DNA of 64,000 nucleotides. It comes from Mytilus edulis. Its lineage: Eukaryota. Made by a program: the position numbers and the translations under genes. The notes beneath the pieces were generated by a model. The model saw nothing but the letters and a program-made list of their open reading frames with translations, was not told the DNA's origin and did no database searches. The stretch is taken from the NCBI RefSeq assembly GCF_963676685.1, contig NC_092348.1:67394001-67458000 (forward strand), given 5' to 3'. This document shows positions 12,381 to 23,337 of this stretch, piece by piece (position 1 is the first letter of the stretch; every line of letters begins with the position of its first letter).

Positions 12381-12464
12381 CGACCTTACATTGATTACGT
12401 GCTACGTGTACAATGTTTCGAGTTCTTTCGGAATTATATTCCAGGTAACTCTCTTCAGAGGTCG
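12381..12464 (-). ncRNA. Type I hammerhead ribozyme (inverted copy)
   Basis: Reverse complement of 13490-13573 with all core nucleotides and stems intact. Confidence 0.85.
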
Positions 12465-12484
12465 TCCGTTTTATTTTTATTTTA

Positions 12485-13214
12485 TATAGCTATATACCAA
12501 CATATAAATAAAATTCTAAACATCTTTCCACACAAAAACAAAATATTATTTCATAAACGTATGAAGGATGATGGATATATTTTATTTCAAGGTACTACGG
12601 AAGAAGTTAAACTTCTTTTCGAAATAGCAAACACAAACCACAACCTACTGCAATTTACTTATGAAATTGACAGACAAAGTTTGAAATTTCTAGACTTAGA
12701 AACGTATAAAGGACAGAGATTTCAAAAAGAAAATATCTTAGATATTAGATGTTTCACAAAACCAACTGAAAAATTCCAATATCTACACCAAAATTCTAAC
12801 CACGCTAAAAGTTGTTTTAAATCCTTTATTAAAGGTGAAGGAATACGAATTCTTAGAAATACCTCTGATCCTGACAATTTTAATGAAAGAATAAACTTAT
12901 TTACAGAAAAATTAATACAAAGAGGTTACAAAATCGCTTTTGTAAATAAAATATTAAGAAATATTTCCCATACAGAAAGATTAAACAAATTAACAAACAA
13001 AGAAACAAGAATAAACAAAAACACAGATAACTATAATATATCTTTCATAACACAATACCACGCTAATGCGGAAAATTTACAAACCATTATAAGAAAACAT
13101 TGGCATTTAATTCAAGACAACCCACAGTTCAAAAATCTCTTTGATAAAAAACCCACAATAGCATTCAAAAGAAACAGGAACATTGGGGAAATCGTTAAGA
13201 AACACTTGAAATAA
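12485..13214 (+). CDS. 5'-truncated Penelope-like reverse transcriptase (end of motif B', motifs C-E, thumb), open frame, no GIY-YIG domain
   Basis: FHKRMKDDGYILF (motif C), LQFTYE, LKFLDL, FTKPTEKFQYLHQNSNH, FIKGEGIRILRNTS, KLIQRGY, PTIAFKRNRNIGEIV then stop; the first ~29 codons of the ORF-track call 12399-13214 are just the inverted ribozyme arm. Confidence 0.85.
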
Positions 13215-13489
13215 ATCAATGTCTCCCAATAGAAATTAATTAGACAGTTATACTAAAACCAAAGGAAGGTGCGTTGACAATGAAAAATGCATATTGAAAC
13301 GTATCTTAAACAATAACCAAAACCAGTTATCCATACGTTGATAAAACGAACAATAATAAATAAAAGGTACAATAATAAATAAAATGTACAAAATAATAAA
13401 CAAACAAACATTTAAAAATAAAAATAAAAATAAAAATAAAAAATAAAAATAATAATAATAATAAAAATAAAAAATAAAAATAAAACGGA

Positions 13490-13573
13490 CGACCTCTGAA
13501 GAGAGTTACCTGGAATATAATTCCGAAAGAACTCGAAACATTGTACACGTAGCACGTAATCAATGTAAGGTCG
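13490..13573 (+). ncRNA. Type I hammerhead ribozyme (predicted)
   Basis: CGACCU-CUGAAGA-GAGUU...AACUC-GAA-ACAUUG...CAAUGU-A cut AGGUCG; stems I (6 bp), II (5 bp), III (6 bp); GUA triplet, cleavage after 13567. Confidence 0.88.
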
Positions 13574-13628
13574 GAAATGTGATCCATACTATAAACGGGT
13601 GGATATTGGATCAATATACCTATAATTT

Positions 13629-14051
13629 AAGGCGAAAAGGCGAAAACGCGAAATCGCGAAAACGCGAAAAGGCGAAATCGCGAAATCGCGAAAACGCGAA
13701 AAGGCGAAATCGCGAAAAGGCGAAAACGCGAAATCGCGAAAACGCGAAAACGCGAAATCGCGAAAACGCGAAAAGGCGAAAACGCGAAATCGCGAAGTCG
13801 AAAACGCGAAAACGCGAAAACTCGAAGTCGAAAACGCGAAATCGGAAAGAAAAAATATTTCGCGTTTTCGCGTTTTCGACTTCGCGTTTTCGCGTTTTCG
13901 ACTTCGCGTTTTCGCGTTTTCGCGTTTTCGACTTCGCGTTTTCGCGTTTTCGACTTCGCGATTTCGCGTTTTCGCGTTTTCGCCCTATATAATATGATGG
14001 GCGAAAACGCGAAAACGCGAAAACGCGAAATGGCCTTAACCGGCCACCATA
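13629..14051 (+). repeat. CGCGAAAA-family fold-back terminal module, copy 4
   Basis: Forward array, spacer TCGGAAAGAAAAAATAT, reverse array, loop CTATATAATATGAT, short forward array, terminal GGCC hairpin. Confidence 0.9.
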
Positions 14052-14189
14052 GATTAAAGTGTAATTTGGCATTTCTTAAGACAAGGGACGCTATAACTTC
14101 TAAAGAATAGTACTAAGTAAAAGCAGAGAGCACAAACACATTGGTTGCCCTGGGCTGCATGTTTTCTTTCCTTTGGTTGTGTTGTTGTC

Positions 14190-14632
14190 TCTTTGATACA
14201 TTCAATGGTTCTTCAAAAGAAAACTTTTGAATGTATTTCACATATGGTCCTTTGTTAAACTAAGTTCCTCGCTCGGCAGCCATCTTCGATTATTGTAACA
14301 ACACTTGGTCAGCACCTCATATAAGGAACATTCATGCCATGTTTGGTTTCATTCCATCATTCCATGCATTCAGTGGTTCTCTAAAAGAAGACATGTGTTT
14401 GTATTTTCCATAGAGTCCTCTGTTAAACGAAGTTCCCCGCTAGTGGCCATCTTGGATGATTGGTCGGCTTCAAAGAAACACCACGTGGTTAGCACCTCAT
14501 AAGGAACATTCATGCTTTGTTTAGTTTCATTCCATTCCATTCTGTGGTTCTCTAGAAGGAGTTCAAAATATAAAAAGTTAACGGCGACGATGGAACCAAG
14601 TGAATAGAAAACCTCACATGGCCCGAACTTAA
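14190..14632. mobile_element. Helentron/HINE-like element with tandem core repeats (second copy ~42360-42855)
   Basis: Repeated ATAAGGAACATTCATGC...CATTCAGTGGTTCTCTA units ending in a GACGACG tract; same family at 42360-42855. Confidence 0.55.
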
Positions 14633-15631
14633 AAAAGTCATTCATAACAACAAATAGCAGAAGAAATGAAAACGTTGACCGGTCTGTGAGTACGGAATAG
14701 TTCAACCTGTTCTGGATAAAATCCATAGGCCTGTACGAAATATGCTGACTTTTCATGAACCTCAGCAGAAATATAATCTGAGATTCTTGTATTTATTTCT
14801 TACAATAGAATTATAATAATACACGCAAGAGAATAAATTTCTTGCTTTGTTACTTTTCATGACATCTGTGTCTACGTCATAAAATCCGGATAATTTTATG
14901 TGGTGTATTAAATGTTAGTAATTATTTTCAAATTGTCATATGTTAACTTATATAAAATCAGAATAAATAAATTATAACTTATTAAACGAAATTATTCGTG
15001 AGAACCTGTGTTAAGAATATCACGTACTATATATATATATATTCCTGTGTCTCCTAAGAGGTAGAACGGCGAGGTAAGACATTTTCTAATGTAATATTCA
15101 GACCACTGTATGAGCTAAAGCTATTATTTCAATCTCATGTATATGATATTTACCGAGAGGTTGACCTTCAGTTGGCTACATGATGTAACTGAATAGTAAA
15201 ATCACAAAAATACTGAACTTAGAGGAAAATCAATTCGGAAAGTCCATAATCACATGGCAAAATCAAATAACAAAACGCATCAAAAACGAATGGACAAGAA
15301 CTGTCATGAATACCAGTTTTCCTAAGAATTAATTTGATAAAAGATCGAAGTCGAAGACGAATTGACAACAAACAGAAGAAAAATGGTAGTCTACAAAACA
15401 AAATGTAAAAAAGAAAAAACCCTCTACAAAAGATATCATGGTAGGAAATGCATGCACTGGAATATCCTATGAACTTTGAGTTGTATAGTCATATGCAGGC
15501 GTTGTTATAATGTTGCTGCATAGAAATGGAAAAATTACAATTGAGGAATCTGAAATCAAATCGTTCGCCTAAAGATTGTCATTAACTGACCCTCATTGCA
15601 TGATCATTTGCAAATTCAAGTCAAAACAACA

Positions 15632-15685
15632 ACAAATGGAAGTTTTTAACGACCTTGACTGGCTATACAGCCCTTGCACGGTCGG
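15632..15685 (-). mobile_element. 54-bp mini-retroposon, copy with (TTG)n tail
   Basis: Exact reverse complement of 26397-26450, extended by TGTTGTT. Confidence 0.65.
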
Positions 15686-15744
15686 CTAAATCAAAATATG
15701 AGTTAGACATGACTATATACCAGTTGTATCATTCACTACAAGAT

Positions 15745-15911
15745 CATACCCGTAGCCAGGGGGGTTCGGAAGAACCCCCCCCCTTGAAAACAAATAAGCA
15801 CTGTTAAAGTCAATGTTCTGTTCGCATTGTGACTGTTAAAGTCGAGTTTGTGAGTCCTACGAACCCCCCCCCCCCCCCCCCCCCTTTTTGAAATTCCTGG
15901 CTACGTGCCTG
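15745..15911. mobile_element. Short MITE with 5-bp TSD
   Basis: CATACCCGTAGCCAGG...CCTGGCTACGTGCCTG, AAGAT on both sides. Confidence 0.6.
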
Positions 15912-17179
15912 AAGATCAGTTGGTTCATGCGTTCAACATAGTCACAATTATTTCGTGAGAGGACTTCATCTATATTACGGAATGTGAGATTAAAAGATAA
16001 TTCTAGCTCGCTTTGCATTTTTCAAAAAGAAGCTCATTTGTTCAAAGTGTACCTAACACGAATAAAGGAATAAATAAAAAAGAACGAACACAGCTGGTTC
16101 CTATCTGAATGTAGGTTGTATGTCGAAAAACACGCCCTCTAAATGAAAGAGAACAACGACTTACTTCTGTTCCTATAATAGAAAGTCGTTTTTTTTTCAC
16201 TTTCAGAATTGTGTTCCCTTAAATGATTTAGTCCACTCATACATCGCTGATGTACTCAAACAGATATTTGGAAATTTTAAGTATCAATATCGTATTCAAA
16301 CCACATCTAGAGTACAAATGTACGAAGTTTCATAGTAACTCTTAAGCCCGGCATTGAATGTTGATATAGCAACTTAGCACTGTAGTTTAGAAATAGGTTA
16401 GAAGCACTTGGAAGACTCAACACTAAAACGTTAGACGCGTTTGTGATTTAGGTATCCAATAAAATAAAGCAAGTCAGTTTTTCGTCTTTTTAAATTCAAA
16501 AGGAACATGTAGAACAGAACTGTAATTAATAAGAAATGCGCGGCGTAAACGTTTAGATGCAAATATATGGTCAATGCCTTGTTATCCTTTTATCAAGCAG
16601 GTGATGTATCGTGAATGATTTACACACACAACGATGTTGTTTGGTGCTTTATCTGCGAGGACAACAGCAGTAATTGTTCTTGTAATCAGTTATTATACAT
16701 CTGAGTCATTATGCTAATAAATTATGATAAAAAAAAAAACGCTATATAGAACTGCAGCAAAATTATTCTAAAACTCCAAAAAAACAGGGGTGAATGAAGG
16801 AATTTTAAAAAGGCCGGGTCGAAAATCCATAAAGCTAACTTTATCAAACTGGATTCTGATTTCTAGATTTTTTCTTCTTTTTAACTACACAAAAAGGTAA
16901 CTATTTACAGAACTTGATAGAATTGAAATTGTCTATTGTAGCTTGCTATGGTGTATGGGTTCATTGTTGAAGAACGTAGGGGGACTTATACATTTTAAGT
17001 TGCGAACGTTTACATCATTTGTTTATGATGGAAAGTTGACCCGTTGGCAATCATATCCTATCTTCTTATTTTCAAATAATAAGACTAGAAATAACACTCT
17101 CAATTTTATAATTACAGAGAAAGGGGATCACACAGAGAGCAATATGGTCAACGACTGGTGTTGAAAGTTTCTCATCGCA

Positions 17180-20100
17180 ATGATAACAGCATGGATGGTA
17201 AGTATTATATGTAATTCTTATGAATATTGTAAATGCTTGTACTCATAATTGAAATTATAACAACTTTATACCTATAGCTTTTAATATTCCATTAATTTTA
17301 GTTTCAGAGTGTCTGCTTATTGGTGATTGTCTTCAGTCGACGGACCTTTACATCAGCGTTTGATCCATATACCAAACAAGCCCGCTTGTGCAATGGTGTT
17401 GTCATCTGGCCCGCTAGACCATTGCTACCGACAAGACAAATTGGTTCAGGCGAGAGGTTTCCAAGGTGTGTTTCTTTTAGTATACATCTGTTTTAGAAAT
17501 TAAAATCACAATTAAGGTTTGATAGGGTGAAATTATGCCATTATTTTTCCAAAAGAATTGAGAAGATTTCGCAAATATTTTCAGCCTGCTTTTTAAGTTA
17601 TTATCAATATGGCATATTTCTACAAGACGAGAGATTCAGCTTTACCTTTAGGTGTATTTTGTATTCACAGAGAAAAGGCAGTCCATGACTTTGTAGAAGA
17701 TCTGGAAGTTTTAGTTAATGAATCTAGAACAGGTATACATGCCAGAAGCATGAGTAGTGCGCATGCACGCCACAAAAGAAGTACCAATGTGCCAGCTTCA
17801 GACGTGTTGGATAAAGTGTGCAATGGCAAAAAAGACACGTAAGGACATAATTATTATAGTTGCCGATTACGCTGATACTCTCGGTTAAACATTAACAATA
17901 ACTAGCTAAAGACATGCAAAAGATACCAAATTCATTAGTCGAAAAAAAAAACTGAAGACGCTAGGGCTAAAAATGAGAAAAAGACCGGGATGATCTCATG
18001 TGTACATGGGAGGTGAATAGATCCTGCTCTACATGTAGCACATGTTGTGTTGCTAATGAAATAAATGAATCATTTCAATCGTCATCTTCATTATTTCATT
18101 AAACTTGTCTTTCTCGTTAGGGGAATTTTATTGTAATCAAATTAGATAACTGTGTTATTTCAAACTTAATTAAAAATGAAGCAAATAAATAATTATTTTA
18201 AATTGAAACGAATGAATGAAACTAGCCACAAAAAAAGTCTATAGGATTTACTAGTGGTAGTAGATTAGCATATGCTTTGATTATTTTTCACGTGTTTTCC
18301 CCCCATGGCTTAACTTACAAACCCCATTGTGTTAACTAAAGTTAAAGCCTTTCCACACTTATACCCTATAAAGGTTAAAGCTATAAGAGCTATTCGACTG
18401 TTATCTGATCTTTTGTCGGGTTGTTGTCTCTTTGACATATTCCCCATTTCCATTTTCAATTTTATAATATTAAAGTGCATGTTGCTTAAATTTTTAGAGG
18501 TAACCCATGGGCTGAAGATTTACCTAGTACAGCATTCCGGATGTTAAGAGGATTTATGTAAGTTGCAGTTTATTAGATACTTTACACTTTTTTCTTGACT
18601 GGCAAATGAAATACTTTACTTTTCTACATTGACTAGAGGAATAGGGGTGGGTTGAGATCTCATAAACATGTTTAAACCCGCCGCATTTTTGCGCCTGTCC
18701 CAAGTTAGGAGCCTCTGGCCTTTGTTAGTCTTGTATCATTTTTAATTTTAGTTTTTTGTTTACAATTTGGAGTTTAGTATGGCGTTCATTATCACTAAAC
18801 TAGTATATATATTTGTTTAGGGGCCAGCTGAAGGACGCCTCCAGGTGCGGGAATTTCTCGCTGCATTGAAGACCTGTTGGTGACCTTCTGCTGTTGTCTG
18901 TTCTATGGTCGGGTTGTTGTCTCTTTGAAACATTCCCCATTTCCATTCTCAATTTTATTTAGATACTTTTAGTATTATGCTTGTTCCTTGTGTGTTGCTA
19001 TCAAATCACTCAACTATAAACGTTCATAGCTTAATTTGAAAGTATAGAAAAAATTAGTATGATGAAATTGAGATTGGAGATGGGGAATGTGTTAAAGAGG
19101 CGAAAGGCCACCAATGACAATGCGTTTGAGCATAAACAATAAAAGACTTGTTATCAACATAATCATAGTATCGTCTCTGCAGATGAAATGACACCAACTG
19201 AACACAAACCCTTAGGGTCGTAGTGATGCTGGCTCTAACCGTTTCTGGACCAGGAAAGAGTCCAAGAGCGACAAAATATAATTTCATGTAAAGCATTTTG
19301 ATTAGGATTTCCTTGGTGTAATTATTTGCAAAGAAATCTATATTTATGTTTTATATCGAGAAATTATACGTGACATTTTTGGTCCCCAATATTCAAAGGG
19401 TCCAGAAGTGGCCAACTTTAAGAAATTTAACCTCGTTTGGTTTGAATTTTAACATTTAATCCTTGTAATCTATTTCCGTGCCAACGGTTACGGTTTTCCC
19501 AGCCCCTGCTATAATTAAGAGAGTCAGAATCTTTAAAAAATCACATTTTGGATGCATGGTTTGCCAAATTTTGAAACTTTTTTGGTGTTCTCCTTCCGAC
19601 TGCCAAAATCAAATGGGAGTTCAGCAAATAATTGTTTCCAATATTATGTTATTGTAAGAACATTGTGGGTTTTCGCTGTATGTCGTGTTATGTTAGGAAG
19701 CCCTTACTTATGCTGTCGGTTTAGATTTATAACGTTATCGTGTTCTATGCAATGGTAAATATACTTGGAGCTTTATAACATTTGGAGGTTTTTTATTTCT
19801 TTTTTATGTAGGGGTATGTGTGACGATCGGGACCAAACCAACGAAGAAACAGTAGTTCAAGAACAAGAGAAAAGAAAAAACAAACGGAGCGACACTGTTC
19901 CAGTTCACAACGGTGTAACATTTATTCCTTCACATGGTGTTAAAGGTGTTACTCCGGTGAAGAAAAAGAAAAGGAAAAGGAAGAAAAAGAAAAAGAAAAA
20001 GAAGAAAAAAGAAACATTTAAACCAGCAGAGGTGCTAACAAAATTGAAAGAAAAACCGTTTAATAAACCAGAAGCAAAAGTTTGGGATTTTGTAGAACCA

Positions 20101-22128
20101 GACAATAGTGCTAAGATGGCACCAGCAGACGACACACACCCAGACGTGAAAATTGTTAAGTGGAATGGAGGGAATTTTGTCGATCCACATTCATCCAAAG
20201 TAGTATCGTTTGGCAGACGAAAACGCAGTACAGACCAGATTTTCACTTTACGAAATGTTGACCAAACAGTATCTGGACATTCTGCGTGTACACCTCATTA
20301 TGATTTATTCTGGTTCAAGGACATTGTTGGGTACATGGGTGACATGTGTTGGGTGCTTGGAAAATTTTCTCGAAAGTTTTACTATTCTTCAAATTGTATG
20401 TAAGTAAATATATATTTTTTTCTAGGATTTCACACGAATAAACCATACAGTTACAAATCTTTGTCTGTAAAACAAAAACCGATATGGCGGCAAAATAAAT
20501 TGAATTGCAATGGCAATCGGAAACACAGACACGAATCTGCTGTACACGACAGCAAAATTAATTGTATTGCAATGACAATCGGAAACCATACAACAATCTG
20601 CTGAACACGACAGCAAAACCTTTGTATTGCAATGTCAATCGGAAACACATTTTCAGACAACAATCTACTGTACACGACAGCAAACTCCATTGTATTGCAA
20701 TGACAATCGGTAACACAGACAACAATCTGCTGAACACGACAGCAAAATCCATTGTATTGCAATGGCAATCGGTAACACAGACAACAATCTGCTGAACACG
20801 ACAGCAAAATCCATTGTATTGCAATGGCAATCGGTAACACAGACAACAATCTGCTGAACACGACAGCAAAATCCATTGTATTGCAATGACAATCGGTAAC
20901 ACAGACAACAATCTGCTGAACACGACAGCAAAATACATTGTATTGCGATGGCAATCGGTAACACAGACAACAATCTGCTGAACACGACATCAAAATCCCT
21001 AGTATTGCAATGTCAATCGGTAACACAGACAACAATCTGCTGAAGACGACAGCAAAATCAATTGCAATGGCAATCGGAAACACAGACAACAATCTTCTGA
21101 ACACGACATCAAAATGCATTGTATTGCAATGGCAATCGGTAACACAGACAACAATCTGCTGAACACGACAGAAAAATCATTTGTATTGCAATGACAATCA
21201 AACAAACACAGACTACAATCTGCTGAACATGACAGCATAATTCATTTTATTGTAATGGCTATCGGAAACACAGACAGCAATCTGCTGAACACGACATCAA
21301 AATGCATTGTATTGCAATGACAATCAAACACAGACAACAATCTGCTGAACATGACAGCAAAATTTATTGTAATTGCAAAGGCAATTGGAAACACTGCCAA
21401 CCATATGATGTACACGATAGCCAACACAATTATTTTAATAGCAATCGGGAACACAGATTCATATTGTATCTGCCGTATCGATTGCCGGTGCATTTTCAAA
21501 AATGTGCGCGAAAATGTTGAAGATACATGTGATCGTTTCATGATTTTAAGCCTTTATATTTGAATTTTTCGCAGTAATATCTGCATTTCAAAAATTAAGG
21601 CAAACGGTACACCTTTTTAACTTTACTTGAATTTCTGTTCTAAATGCATATGGCGATGCATTTGATTATATTTTTTTTGCATTTGGATCGAACATTTCTG
21701 ATTATTTCTCATTTTGTTTGAGGATGTTTTCAGTTTCGTCACATATATTCCAATGAATGACAATGTATTTCTTAAACTTCAATAAAATACTGTACTACAC
21801 ATATAATTGTCAAGATTTAGTGATTTATTGTGAAAGTATGATTGATTCAGTGAAAGGAATTTGATAAAGGGTCCTATTTCAAAGCCATGCAGTCACGGTT
21901 CTTTAAGGTAGTAGTTTTTATGAACATCTGTATAATCTTTGTTTCATTTTTTTCAGGCCTGGAGTGTGTCATGCATCAAATCCATTATTCAGGAAGCAGT
22001 CCCATTGTTATCCTGGAAAGCATTCTACACACGTTATATGGTTTTATTGTCCAAATTTAGAACCTGGTGAAAGGTATCGAAAAATGGCGTTCAATTTGGC
22101 TCACAACTGTGAATGCAGGACGTGTTGA
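17180..22128 (+). CDS. Secreted cystine-knot (spaetzle/neurotrophin-like) precursor, ~369 aa, 5 coding exons
   Basis: Exons 17180-17197, 17302-17465, 17671-17838, 19812-20399, 21957-22128 with compatible phases; signal-like MITAWMFQSVCLLVIVFS; furin-like RHKR, KNKR, RRKR; C-terminal 9-Cys domain ending HNCECRTC*; AATAAA at ~22152. Confidence 0.75.
18600..18958 (-). repeat. Dispersed repeat family (copies at 31488-32248 + and 60105-60595 -)
   Basis: Shared AAAATTGAGAATGGAAATGGGGAATG...GACAACAACCCGACC...GGCGTCCTTCAGCTGGCCCCTAAAC sequence. Confidence 0.7.
20492..21470. repeat. 62-bp minisatellite, ~15 copies, intronic
   Basis: Unit ATTGTATTGCAATGGCAATCGGTAACACAGACAACAATCTGCTGAACACGACAGCAAAATCC at 20751, 20813, 20875; edges degenerate. 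Confidence 0.9.
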
Positions 22129-22228
22129 TTCGAATTACTTTAAACATTATTAATAAAAACATTATTCGTTGATAGTTGAAATGTATTGAAATGTGGTTTT
22201 ATTTTATTTTATTTTCGAGGTTTTCTAC

Positions 22229-23197
22229 CAGAGACATATATGTTACAGGGAATTTGCAAAATCAGTGGACTAATCAGTGATTTTGTTAAATCACTAACAG
22301 TTTCAGTGGTTTTGTAAAATCCCTAAAATTGTTAGGGATTTTACAAAATCACTGAAAATAGAGCTAGGGATTTTGTAAAATCCCTGATTACAATTAAGTA
22401 TAATAACTTGCTATTAGAAATGTATTTTTTTTAATATAAAAATAAACTAATGATCACTAATGATTTTGAAATATATTTGTTTATTCTAACACTATGAGCT
22501 AGAACTAGTGTATAATGATAATGAGTAAAAGACATGTAAACGGATATTTAGACCACTGTGAATTTACTTATTTTTGGCAAGTTTGGGCGACATCTACTGT
22601 TACATAATTGCCCTGGTTTTCGATGCATGTCTGTATCAAATCAACCTGTACTCAGAAAATTGAACTCTTTGCTTATTATAGACTTCACGACAATGCCAGC
22701 TCGACGTTTTTTTTAGTTGGCATTCCTCTAAAGGTCCTTGTAAAGTTCTGAAGGTTTGTATGAAACATTTGCACACTTTCTATTTGCGTACTTTTAATAC
22801 CATTTTGTCCCTACCACCATGACCTATTGATATGTGAGTTTTATGAACTATGCTGTACATGTCTGAACCATTGTTCTACAGTATGTCAGTTGTATACTAT
22901 AGTGCATGAAAACTGCTCACTAAATATTAAAATAAAGGCTACATTAACCTCAAACTTACTGAGTGTAACTGTAGAATGCTTTTTTCACAGAAATACTTAC
23001 CAAAAATTAATGAATTTATTTTACATATTCCCTGAATTTAATCAGTGAATCTGTAAAAAAGATCTTAATTATTTCAGGGATTTTGTAAAATCACTAGTCA
23101 AAATCAGTGATTTTATAAAATCACTAATCAGTTCAGTGATTTTATGAAATCCCTGATTTCATAAATTCCCTGTAACATATACACATATATGTCTCTG
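22229..23197. mobile_element. Non-autonomous TIR element (P-element-like termini)
   Basis: CAGAGACATATATG...CATATATGTCTCTG; TTTCTAC duplicated (7 bp, possibly 8); subterminal AG(T/G)GATTTT/AAATC(A/C)CT arrays. Confidence 0.65.
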
Positions 23198-23301
23198 TTT
23201 CTACCTATAGTTGATGGCTAATCTTTTCACTTTTGAGGCAGTATTTTAAGTCCCACGTTTGCATTCTTTGTACTTATCGTTCATATATTACAGAACATTC
23301 T

Positions 23302-23337
<36 letters not shown>

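Larger units (their letters stand above)
9423..14051 (+). mobile_element. Outer Penelope-like element (element B): 5'-truncated endonuclease-less RT between inverted arms carrying a type I hammerhead and the CGCGAAAA module
   Basis: Termini TATGGTGGCCGGTTAAGGCC...GGCCTTAACCGGCCACCATA; GATTAA duplicated at 9417-9422 and 14052-14057; left arm (9423-9868 plus 12381-~12484) is the reverse complement of ~13470-14051. Confidence 0.85.

Noticed and set aside
12399-12484. GTG start and N-terminus of the 271-aa ORF
   Set aside because: This stretch is the inverted hammerhead arm, fused in frame by chance to a 5'-truncated RT
9423-14051. CRISPR-like array or bacterial contamination
   Set aside because: No repeat-spacer organisation or cas genes; TSDs tie the element to eukaryotic flanks and the RT is Penelope-like
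9474-14072. Long R/K/E/N/A-rich ORFs (e.g. 9474-10427, 11760-12320, 11807-12394, 13579-13992)
   Set aside because: Stop-free by-products of the 8-mer array, open in several frames and on both strands; no coding evidence
20425-20465. Possible extra exon after TTCTAG in the cystine-knot gene
   Set aside because: Exon ending 20399 already joins 21957 in phase; no convincing donor or conserved content
20422-21563. Cys-rich ORFs on both strands
   Set aside because: Translations of the 62-bp intronic minisatellite
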